Shown here: piece after piece, positions 56,083-64,000 of the stretch
How the letters are laid out: every line of letters begins with the position of its first letter
Numbering within the stretch: position 1 is the first letter of the stretch
Source: Vitreimonas sp.
GTDB taxonomy: Bacteria; Patescibacteriota; Microgenomatia; UBA1400; PJMF01
NCBI GenBank assembly: GCA_035627515.1
Contig: DASPLQ010000012.1
Location: forward strand, 455,269-519,268
Direction of reading: 5' to 3'
DNA length: 64,000 nt
Program-made: the position numbers and the translations under genes
The notes under the pieces: model-generated
What the model saw: the letters and a program-made list of their open reading frames with translations, nothing else
Database searches by the model: none
What the model was told of the DNA's origin: nothing

Positions 56083-58095
56083 ATGCACAAAGTGCAGTCT
56101 ACACCACTGGTGGGTCTGCCACAGCAAAAGGGCTGGTCCCAAGTTTTAACTAAGAATGATCCTCAGGTCGTATATGTAGTGGCCATTCAAGGGGTTAATG
56201 CTAGCAATGTCGGACGAGACGTCATTGATACTTTATCTCAAGCCCAGTTAGACACTCCCGTTGATTTTCATACCGTCGTGACGCAAGTATTAGGCGAAGT
56301 CCGCCACAAAGATTGCCAATTACAGCTAGCAGCGGGTTACTTTACCGATGATAAAAGCTTTTTCTTAGCCGTAAATGGCAGTGTATTGTTAAAACGTGCT
56401 ATCAAAGTTGCTGAGTTGGTGGTGTCGAGTGGGGAAGTTAAGTTGATTCAAGGTCGCCGCCAGCCAGATGATGTAGTGGTGTTACTGACTGATCAAGCTC
56501 GCTCCTTCAACGAAGAAATTATTCAGAAATTTTCACAAGGGTATGACGTCGATACGGTCATTACTTCGATGGTGCCTCGTTTACATGGTCAGGCTGATTC
56601 GTCTTTGAGTGCGATTGCCTTTATTAGCGCTGCTCCGGAACTGGCTTCGGTGGCTGCTGAACCGGCTCCTGAAGCTAAGATCACTCTAGAAGAGTTGGTG
56701 GCTACTCCCGATGAGCCAGAAACCGATGCTTTATCTCTCAGCGAGTTAACCTCACCCACCCCGGTGGTCAGTCCCAGCTTCGATTCTACTCCAGTCACAC
56801 CGACTCCGAGTTTGTTGCGACCTCTTGAGTCTTCGGGGCAACTGGCACCTGCCGTGCCGGTGACTACCCGATTAAAAACAGCTAGTCTGGGTTTATTTTC
56901 TCGTCTCCAGCACTTCAAACAACCTAGTTTCTTAAGTGGTGGCGTAGCTCGTTACAATCCGTTTTCTCGAGATGTATATGTTGATCGTGATTCACGACGC
57001 AAAGCCGTACGCTGGCTATTGCCGGTAGTGATTGGTTTGGTAGTGGTGGGGTTGGGGATCATGATTTATCGATCTAGAATTCAGCAACAAGTCCAAGCCT
57101 TAGATGAAACAATTGCCCCATTTAAAGCATCAATTGCTGAAGCTCGCCAACAAGTTGATCAAAATCCGCTGCAAGCACGTGAGCGAGTAGCCACTGCCAT
57201 CACGCAAATGGAAGCAGCCCGGACCACGTTTGCTGGCCAAAGTTATGCTTTAAAAAAGCTGGAAACCGAGTTGAGCGCTGCGCAGCAGGTGTATCAGGAG
57301 ATCTCAGGCAAAGAGGAGCTCAATGAGTTACCCACTTTTTATGATCTGCGCTATGCCCAAACTGAGTTTGTGACGAGTACAGCGGTGGGGAAAGCTAAGC
57401 GCGGCTTGTTTGTGGATGCAGAAAAAGGTCGAGTCATTAGTTTAAATCTCGAGAACCAGCAATTTCAACTTTTTGAACCTGGTGCCCAACCCCGAATCCA
57501 GGATGTGTCCCTGTATGACGATCGGATCTGGATGTTGGGAGGAGGTTTGCGGAGTGTATCGGTGGTGGGCACGGCTTCAGCCACCGTGGTTAAAGAAGAA
57601 GGTGAGTCCAATCGAGCAGGACAATTTATCGAACTTTACAATCGCTATATTTATATTTTTAATCCTGAGAAGCGAAATATTTACCGATACGCACCCACTG
57701 CCGATGGCTATACCGACCCCATTGGCTGGCTGACCTCCTCCCAAGGTTTGGATTTCGCTCAAGTCACTTCGCTATCGATCGATGGAGATATTTGGTTAGG
57801 AACTAAGACAGGCGAAATCAAGAAATTTACCACTGGGCGGCCAGCTGAGTTTACGCTCAAAGGGATGACTGAACCGTTTGATTCTTCGATCATAGTGTAT
57901 ACCAGCGAAGAGCTGCAGAATCTGTACGTTTTAGAACCCAATAAACAGCGGGTGGTGATTTTGAGTAAAACAGGGGAGTTTCTGCGCGAGGTCCGCAGTG
58001 TCTCCTTGGCGTCGGCAACGGGCTTGATTGCTGACGAACAACTCCAGCGCATTTTTCCAGTCAGTGGTTCGATTATTTTCCAGATCCCTCTCTAG
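56083..58095 (+). CDS. Single-pass membrane protein: possible degenerate PP2C-like N-terminus, coiled coil, C-terminal beta-propeller-like region
   Basis: DDVVVLLTD; TM; repeated YIYIFNP / IDGDIWL / LYVLEP blade-like segments; TGTTAGAAT 6 nt before ATG 56083. Confidence 0.65.
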   Translation: MHKVQSTPLVGLPQQKGWSQVLTKNDPQVVYVVAIQGVNASNVGRDVIDTLSQAQLDTPVDFHTVVTQVLGEVRHKDCQLQLAAGYFTDDKSFFLAVNGSVLLKRAIKVAELVVSSGEVKLIQGRRQPDDVVVLLTDQARSFNEEIIQKFSQGYDVDTVITSMVPRLHGQADSSLSAIAFISAAPELASVAAEPAPEAKITLEELVATPDEPETDALSLSELTSPTPVVSPSFDSTPVTPTPSLLRPLESSGQLAPAVPVTTRLKTASLGLFSRLQHFKQPSFLSGGVARYNPFSRDVYVDRDSRRKAVRWLLPVVIGLVVVGLGIMIYRSRIQQQVQALDETIAPFKASIAEARQQVDQNPLQARERVATAITQMEAARTTFAGQSYALKKLETELSAAQQVYQEISGKEELNELPTFYDLRYAQTEFVTSTAVGKAKRGLFVDAEKGRVISLNLENQQFQLFEPGAQPRIQDVSLYDDRIWMLGGGLRSVSVVGTASATVVKEEGESNRAGQFIELYNRYIYIFNPEKRNIYRYAPTADGYTDPIGWLTSSQGLDFAQVTSLSIDGDIWLGTKTGEIKKFTTGRPAEFTLKGMTEPFDSSIIVYTSEELQNLYVLEPNKQRVVILSKTGEFLREVRSVSLASATGLIADEQLQRIFPVSGSIIFQIPL

Positions 58096-58112
58096 GGGGT
58101 ATACTACACCCC

Positions 58113-58565
58113 ATGCTCTTGTTGTTGAATAAAAAAGCTCGTTTTGATTACACCATCGCCCAGACCTATCAGGCGGGGGTGATTTTGACGGGTGGAGAGG
58201 TCAAAAGCTTGCGCAACAAAAGTGGCAGTTTGACCGGCAGCTTTGTCAAAGTCATTGGTGACGAGTTATTTTTACTAAACGCCCAAATCACCCCTTATAA
58301 ATTTGCTGATACGCGGGAGTATGACCCTAAACGGACGAGGAAGTTATTGCTGAAGCGTAAAGAAATTATCCAACTCAAGGAGTGGAGTGAACAAAAAGGT
58401 GCGGTCTTAGTGCCGTTATCATTTGAGGTAGCTGGCAGGAATATTAAGTTAACTCTGGGGGTAGGTCGGGGCAAAAAGCAGTTCGAAAAACGCGCTGAAC
58501 TGCGACGCAAAGACGTAGAACGAGATGTGCAGCGGGAGATGAAGGGGAAGATTAGGGTGCGGTAG
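58113..58565 (+). CDS. smpB: SsrA-binding protein
   Basis: NKKARFDY, G..L.GGEVKSLR, RTRKLLL, GKKQFEKR. Confidence 0.96.
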   Translation: MLLLLNKKARFDYTIAQTYQAGVILTGGEVKSLRNKSGSLTGSFVKVIGDELFLLNAQITPYKFADTREYDPKRTRKLLLKRKEIIQLKEWSEQKGAVLVPLSFEVAGRNIKLTLGVGRGKKQFEKRAELRRKDVERDVQREMKGKIRVR

Positions 58566-58690
58566 TTCCATGGTCGTTAAAGTGTTTCGCAAAATGGCTT
58601 TCTCTGTAAGGTGTTTTGGTTTTTTGCGGCATATAGTTTTTTGATTTATAGGTTGGTGGAGGTATGTCGTTGGGCGGTCTCCAAAAGCTG

Positions 58691-59007
58691 GTGGCATAAA
58701 TAGTGCACGATTGTGGCACAAATATGCCACTGTAAAAAGGGGTGTCTGGAGGAAGGGTAGCCAACGAGTATGGAGAAGTGAAAATAACGGGACCTTTTTG
58801 GCGCCTCGTTATTATCTCCTTAAAGGTATAACTTCTTGTCGGTAAGCTCTCATAATGACAATCACTACAAAAGTTCCCCTGGACACACGTCATTACAGTC
58901 AAAACGTACATTTTGCACACAGTCCAGGCTAGCTTTTATACACATACCACCAGCCACGATAAAGCACCTCTCTCTTGATTGTGCGGATATTAACAAAAAC
59001 CGCACAA
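58691..59007 (+). repeat. Modular non-coding palindromic repeat, copy 3 (D 58691-58730, A 58871-58935, B 58979-59007)
   Basis: Shares the exact 29-mer acacgtcattacagtcaaaacgtacattt with copies 1 and 2. Confidence 0.9.
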
Positions 59008-59049
59008 CCACAAAAACCTCATCAAAATTGACATGGTAAGATAATGTTT

Positions 59050-59771
59050 ATGAATAGGGAAAATCCTTTTAAAGGTATAAGTGCCGATACAGATTATTAT
59101 GCGGTGTTAGGAGTCTCTCCTGATGCGGATGCTAAGGGGATAAAAAATGCTTTCCGTGAAAAAGCTCGCGAAACGCATCCTGATGTTAATCCAAGTTCAA
59201 GTGATGCTACGAGCAGGTTTCAACAAGTCAATGAAGCGTATGAAGTTCTTTCTGATGCCCAGAAGCGTCGGCAGTATGATCAATTGAGAGTGTCTAAAAT
59301 TGATTACCAGCTCAACCTTCTAAATCACGTCGCCATTCCCAACCAGCCACAGGTCAACCTAGTTCCACAGAACCTAAAAAAGCTGCTGAGTCACCAGAAG
59401 TAGATAATTTTAAGAAACATCGAGAGTTCTTAGTCAGTTTAGAGCTGTCACTTAAAAATGCCAAAAATTTGAAAGAAGTTTTAAGTATAGTGCATGGGAT
59501 TCATGAGAGACTATGGACAACAAATGCTGCTGACCGGCAATTTTTACAAGAGCTTGGTCAACTGGACAAAACGTTTAGTTCTCTAAATGTTGACCGAGTG
59601 CATATCGAAAATTATCGATTAGCCAGGAAATATATTTTTGATAACGGCACAATTGGCAGACCCATGAGTGGAACACACGAGCTGGATAAACTAGCTGAAA
59701 AAATCACATATAAACCTCTCCATGACCGAATCCTGGAAATGTACCAGATAGTAGCTGCTTCGATGAAGTAA
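59050..59771 (+). pseudogene. J-domain protein gene split by a frameshift near 59301-59306
   Basis: DYYAVLGV..HPD..FQQVNEAYEVLSD..KR..YD J-domain. The -1 frame is open from 59304 through the 59469-59771 ORF. Confidence 0.65.
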
Positions 59772-59878
59772 CCCATGCTATAGTCTGGACTGAAACTCAG
59801 TTTTGGTGTTTAATAATACCTATCCGCCGTAGTGTTAGTCGCGTGCGAGGTAAAACAAAAATACAAAGGAATCTGCCT

Positions 59879-60127
59879 ATGCCTAAAAGAGTTTTTTGGC
59901 CAGTCGCCCTGATCGTAATGGGTTTAATCTTTTTAGCTTCAAACTTACGATTACTCCCTGATCAATTTTGGAATTTATGGCCGTTAATTTTAATTGTGGT
60001 AGGTTTGGGTGGTTTAGTAACCTCTGATCGTGAGGATTGGGATGTGATGAAAGAAATGAGATCTACCCGCCGGCCTGCTACCAAAGCTGCCTCCAAAACA
60101 CCGGCTAAAAAAGCCAAACGCAAGTAA
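59879..60127 (+). CDS. Small membrane protein (LiaF/DUF5668-like) with basic tail
   Basis: LIVMGLIFLASN..FWNLWPLILIVVG. Confidence 0.7.
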   Translation: MPKRVFWPVALIVMGLIFLASNLRLLPDQFWNLWPLILIVVGLGGLVTSDREDWDVMKEMRSTRRPATKAASKTPAKKAKRK

Positions 60128-60150
60128 TAGCCAGATTTAGAAGGATATCT

Positions 60151-60837
60151 ATGTCGTTTCACATTGCTATTGATGGGCCGGTTGCGGCTGGAAAAGGAAC
60201 TGTTTCCAAGCTCGTTGCCGAGCGTTTAGGCTTTGTGTACATCGACACCGGAGCCATGTACCGTATGACGGCATATTTGGCCAAACAAGAAGGAGTAGCT
60301 TGGGAAGATGAGCTTGGGTTAGCGAAGATGGTAGCCGCCGCCGAAATGGATATGCGTGCTCCCGTCGATGAGGAAAGAGATGGCCGCTTGTCGACGCAGT
60401 TACTCAATGGCGATGACGTGTCATGGAAAATCCGCACCGAAGAAATAGGGACTGGAGCCTCACAGGTTGCTCAGCTGAGTGCTGTTCGCGCCGAGTTAGT
60501 TAAGAAGCAACAACAAATTGCCGTGGGCAAAGACGTAGTCATGGAAGGCCGGGACATTACGTACCGTGTTTTGCCAGGCGCCCAACTCAAAATTTATTTA
60601 ACCGCTTCCGATATTGTCCGGGCCAAACGCCGACACCTGCAGCTACAGACCAAGGGTGAAGATGTGTCTTTGGAGACTGTGTATGCCGAATTGGTGGAGC
60701 GTGACAAACGCGATATGGAGCGAAGCGTGGATCCTTTACAGATTGTAGAAGGGGCGTGGGTAGTCGACACCAGTGATTTAAATATTGATGAAGCTGTAGA
60801 GTTAATTGTGGCTCGCACCAAAGCGCTCAAAGGGTAA
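60151..60837 (+). CDS. cmk: Cytidylate kinase
   Basis: IAIDGP.AAGKGT, DTGAMYR, VMEGRDI, ERDKRD. Confidence 0.95.
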   Translation: MSFHIAIDGPVAAGKGTVSKLVAERLGFVYIDTGAMYRMTAYLAKQEGVAWEDELGLAKMVAAAEMDMRAPVDEERDGRLSTQLLNGDDVSWKIRTEEIGTGASQVAQLSAVRAELVKKQQQIAVGKDVVMEGRDITYRVLPGAQLKIYLTASDIVRAKRRHLQLQTKGEDVSLETVYAELVERDKRDMERSVDPLQIVEGAWVVDTSDLNIDEAVELIVARTKALKG

Positions 60838-60847
60838 CAGTTGCGAT

Positions 60848-61066
60848 ATGCCAAAAAATGTAACTTTAGCTGAACTTGAAGCTGCCGAAGAACGGGCGCA
60901 AGAAATTGAAGATGAAAGAGAAGCTAAAAAAGCTGAACGCGAAGAAAAAAAGCGTCTCAAAGAACTCAAGAAAAAACGAGAAGCTCAAGAAAAATTGGTA
61001 GCACCCTTTTTATTATTCCTCTCAATTGTTGTTTCCTTGGTCTTGTATATAATCTACGGCAGATGA
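60848..61066 (+). CDS. Small coiled-coil protein with C-terminal TM
   Basis: E/K-rich helix and tail anchor; ATGA overlap with the next gene. Confidence 0.65.
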   Translation: MPKNVTLAELEAAEERAQEIEDEREAKKAEREEKKRLKELKKKREAQEKLVAPFLLFLSIVVSLVLYIIYGR

Positions 61067-61599
61067 AGCGCACCAAGATAGCTCCCTCGATTATTATTAG
61101 TGTTATAGCCTTAGGAGTGGTGACGGGCTTATGGTTGAACTCGACAAGTAATTCACAAAATCCAGCTACTGAACTGAATCTCACCCAAGAAACATCACGA
61201 CAGCTGACACCTGATCTTGCCATAGGGCCCGAACGAGTGGTGAGTTTCACGAGCATCGCTTTGCCCAGTACTGCTTCAGTCAGTGCTGCTGTAGAACAGC
61301 ATGGTCACGACACCTTAGTTCTTTATAAATTGAGTATGCCCACCCTGCAGGTAGAGCCGTATCTCAAAGAACTGCGCGGACCCGCTCAAGCCTTACAAGG
61401 AGTGGGTTGGGAACGTCACATTGAGGACAATTTCGATGACTCACCGTTAGCTGAGCAGTACGAATGGTGGAATGTGCGTGAGTATGAGCACGCTCGCAAA
61501 ACTACTTTCAGCAATCAAGAACTCAATCGCCACTATCGCGCTTACTGGGTGGAAGAAGGCGAACACAGCTGGCTGTTTGTGGAAGTCCACAATACTTAA
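61063..61599 (+). CDS. Hypothetical exported protein
   Basis: N-terminal TM. Confidence 0.65.
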   Translation: MKRTKIAPSIIISVIALGVVTGLWLNSTSNSQNPATELNLTQETSRQLTPDLAIGPERVVSFTSIALPSTASVSAAVEQHGHDTLVLYKLSMPTLQVEPYLKELRGPAQALQGVGWERHIEDNFDDSPLAEQYEWWNVREYEHARKTTFSNQELNRHYRAYWVEEGEHSWLFVEVHNT

Positions 61600-64000
61600 A
61601 TACTTTGACCTTGGAGAATTTGATCACGATTAGCATCAGTTGGCTGAGGAGAGGCTTTGGGTCGCGGGGCAAACTGAGCCGGATTACAAGCTTGAGTTGG
61701 TTGGGTGCCAGGTGTGAAGTACTCATCGCGCACAGCTGGGCAGCCGCGGCAAGGTAATGTGCCGGTACGGGCACAGATCTGAACTTTAATTAAGCCCTCA
61801 GGTGTGCCAAATGTGTGAGGATTTTTATCATCCAGTAATAAACGCATGATGTAGTTCCAAATTGGTGAGGCACCAGTTACACCAGAAGCTACATAACTCA
61901 TCGAGGTATTGTCATTATTGCCGACCCACACTGCCACTAAGCGGTCAGTAGTGTAGCCAAAGGTCCAGTTATCGCGCAGATTATTGGTCGTGCCAGTTTT
62001 GACGGCTACTTCCTGGCCCGGAATATGCAGCACCGAGCGAGCACCAAACGCTGGAATTCGAGCGTTATTATCTTTCAAAACATCTGTGATTTGGTAAGCT
62101 ACGCGAGTATCAAGGGTTTTGCGCTTAGGGCAACCTTCTTGTGCGATGGCGCAGTCGTTAGTATATAATGTCTCACCTTTGGAGTTTTTGACTTCCATAA
62201 TCGGATTGATATCAGTGGTGTATCCTTGATTAGCAAAGGTGCCATAGACTTTAGCTAAGTCGAGCATTAACACTTCGCCACCACCCAATGTCAGTGATAA
62301 GCCGAAGCGTTGGCGGTCTTGCCAGGTGGTAATACCCATTTCTTGACCTTTATCAATCACGGTATTGATGCCGGATTGAGCAAGGAGTTTGACAGCGGGA
62401 ATGTTATAAGAAGATCCCAAAGCCTCACGTAACGTCACTCTGCCATGGAACTTACCGTCATAGTTTTTAGGTGAATAGGGTTTGCTGCCAGGAATATGAT
62501 AGGTAATAGGGGCATCATCTTCTACTGAAGAAGGGTTTTTGCCCCGTTCGAAGGCCACGGCATAGGTAAGTGGCTTAATTGAAGAACCAGGCTGGCGAGG
62601 TCGTAAGACGACATTTACTTGCCCATCATGTTCAAAATCAAAGTAGTTTTTGGAACCAACCATCGCTAAGATCTCGCCGGTTTGAGGGTTGGTGACCAGG
62701 GCTGCACCGTTATTAATTCGTAAGCGGGCTAATTTATTTAACTCATCTGTGACGAGCTTTTGGACCTGTTTTTGGAGTTCCAAATCCAGGGTAGTTCGGA
62801 CTTCTAGACCACCTTCTTGAAGTAATTCTTCACCATACTGCTCTGCTAACATTTGTTTGACGTACATCACAAAGTGAGGCGCTTGAATATCGACCGTATC
62901 AGGTTTGAACTGTAAGATCTCTTGTTTGGCTTGATCAGCTTGTTCCTGAGTAATGTACTGATCTTCTACCATCCGGCGTAAGACTTCTTCTTGGCGAGCA
63001 TACGAGGCTTCAGGATTAGGTCCATAAGGGGAGTAAACTGATGGTGCTTGAGGCAAGCCAGCTAAGAGAGCGCTTTCGGCTAGTGTTAATTGACTGGCTG
63101 ATTTCCCAAAGTAACGTTGAGCAGCCTCTTCGATACCATAAGTAGAGCCACCATACGCAACTTCATTGAAGTACATTTCCAAAATTTCTTCTTTAGTATA
63201 CGTTCCGTCTACTAGTACAGACAGAACAATTTCGCGAATTTTACGACGAATGGTTTTTTCGGGAGTGAGTAAACGATTTTTCACGAGCTGCTGAGTAATA
63301 GTCGAGCCACCTTGCTCATACTCTTCACCTTCAATGTTGGCCAACATGGCCCGGGTGATACCTTTAACTGAAAAGCCATGGTGGTTGTAAAAATTCTTGT
63401 CTTCAATTGCAATGGTAGCGTTGATTAAGTGCTGAGGTAAACGCGAGAGGGGAATCAGCGTCCGGTTTTCATCTTTATAAATTCTAAACAGTAGTTGGCC
63501 GTTGCGATCCAGGATTTTGGTCGTCAACACTTGTTCTTGTTTACTAAGCTCTTTGGGATCAGGTAAGTCTTGAAAAACATAGGTGAAAAGACCATAGGCA
63601 CCACCCAAAATAAAACCAGTCACTAATAAAGATAAAAACGTTTGCCAGGGAAATTTGCGGAAGACTATGGCATAGGGTTTAAAGCTCAGCCGAATAGTTT
63701 TAAGATAGGCTTTGAAGTGTCTCAAGCCTCGGCGCTTTCGGCGGGGGGATTTGCTACTAGAGTTGCTAACATCTGGCTGAATATTAAACAGTTCATTGAT
63801 CTCAGCTCGCACTTGGGAGCGAGTGGAACTAATTTTTTCTCTGAGTGTGGGCCACCATTTGTGCCAGCGACTTTTTTGCGTAAATAAGGTGCCTGATGTT
63901 TGAGTAATAGTAATCGTTTTTTCAGATTGTTTTTTGGTGGTTTTCTTCGCGGGAGTTGCTTTTGCTTTTGGCCACTGGGGCAATGAGGGCAATTTGAAGC
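61596..64000 (-). CDS. Class A penicillin-binding protein (PBP1A family); 5' end probably outside the window
   Basis: EDKNFY.H.G, GGSTITQQLVKN, RKIRE, SSIK (SxxK), SYN, KTGT; frame open to the window edge. Confidence 0.93.
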   Translation of the reverse strand, partial: FKLPSLPQWPKAKATPAKKTTKKQSEKTITITQTSGTLFTQKSRWHKWWPTLREKISSTRSQVRAEINELFNIQPDVSNSSSKSPRRKRRGLRHFKAYLKTIRLSFKPYAIVFRKFPWQTFLSLLVTGFILGGAYGLFTYVFQDLPDPKELSKQEQVLTTKILDRNGQLLFRIYKDENRTLIPLSRLPQHLINATIAIEDKNFYNHHGFSVKGITRAMLANIEGEEYEQGGSTITQQLVKNRLLTPEKTIRRKIREIVLSVLVDGTYTKEEILEMYFNEVAYGGSTYGIEEAAQRYFGKSASQLTLAESALLAGLPQAPSVYSPYGPNPEASYARQEEVLRRMVEDQYITQEQADQAKQEILQFKPDTVDIQAPHFVMYVKQMLAEQYGEELLQEGGLEVRTTLDLELQKQVQKLVTDELNKLARLRINNGAALVTNPQTGEILAMVGSKNYFDFEHDGQVNVVLRPRQPGSSIKPLTYAVAFERGKNPSSVEDDAPITYHIPGSKPYSPKNYDGKFHGRVTLREALGSSYNIPAVKLLAQSGINTVIDKGQEMGITTWQDRQRFGLSLTLGGGEVLMLDLAKVYGTFANQGYTTDINPIMEVKNSKGETLYTNDCAIAQEGCPKRKTLDTRVAYQITDVLKDNNARIPAFGARSVLHIPGQEVAVKTGTTNNLRDNWTFGYTTDRLVAVWVGNNDNTSMSYVASGVTGASPIWNYIMRLLLDDKNPHTFGTPEGLIKVQICARTGTLPCRGCPAVRDEYFTPGTQPTQACNPAQFAPRPKASPQPTDANRDQILQGQSI

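Noticed and set aside
58552-58920. 122-aa minus-strand ORF and other short antisense ORFs in the track
   Set aside because: They overlap repeats or lie antisense to well-supported genes, and show no motifs or initiation signals
41880-59007. Repeat copies as DGR template/variable repeats (prompted by the Avd-like gene nearby)
   Set aside because: Differences between copies are not adenine-specific, include indels, are not at the 3' end of a target gene, and no reverse transcriptase is in the window
58566-59040. tmRNA (ssrA) next to smpB
   Set aside because: No tRNA-like ends or T-arm (TTCRANTCC..CCA) found on either strand
59301-59303. TGA recoding (code 25/4) as the explanation for the split J-domain gene
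   Set aside because: The TGA is not in the J-domain frame, and other genes (ECF sigma, ligase, pth) end normally at TGA

Overview
Bacterial chromosomal window that reads cleanly in code 11. The gene repertoire points to a Patescibacteria/CPR genome, most like Microgenomates (inference): arrays of VirB2/TrbC-like pilins, a stand-alone VirB4/VirD4-like ATPase, archaeal-type isopentenyl phosphate kinase and ATP-dependent DNA ligase, Cys-rich surface proteins and mostly SD-less genes. Housekeeping genes (recF, pth, lgt, murJ, rpsT, lepA, smpB, cmk, uppS, idi, PBP1A) are interleaved with envelope and adhesion loci. Least explained signals: (i) a modular non-coding repeat family at three long intergenic sites (41.9, 52.7 and 58.7 kb), built from 29-bp imperfect palindromes that show compensatory changes; two copies are inverted around a ~10.5-kb surface-protein block; (ii) a four-helix-bundle (23S-IVP/Avd-like) gene inside a MacAB-like operon between inverted periodic repeats, plus similar gene-free 8-bp-periodic arrays elsewhere; (iii) a tRNA-Ile with the rare UAU anticodon; (iv) an 8-gene pilin array ending in a lytic-transglycosylase protein and interrupted by an orphan Phd-like gene; (v) pervasive -10 boxes 6-9 nt before start codons, consistent with leaderless mRNAs. 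All product calls come from motif recognition by eye; no database searches were run.
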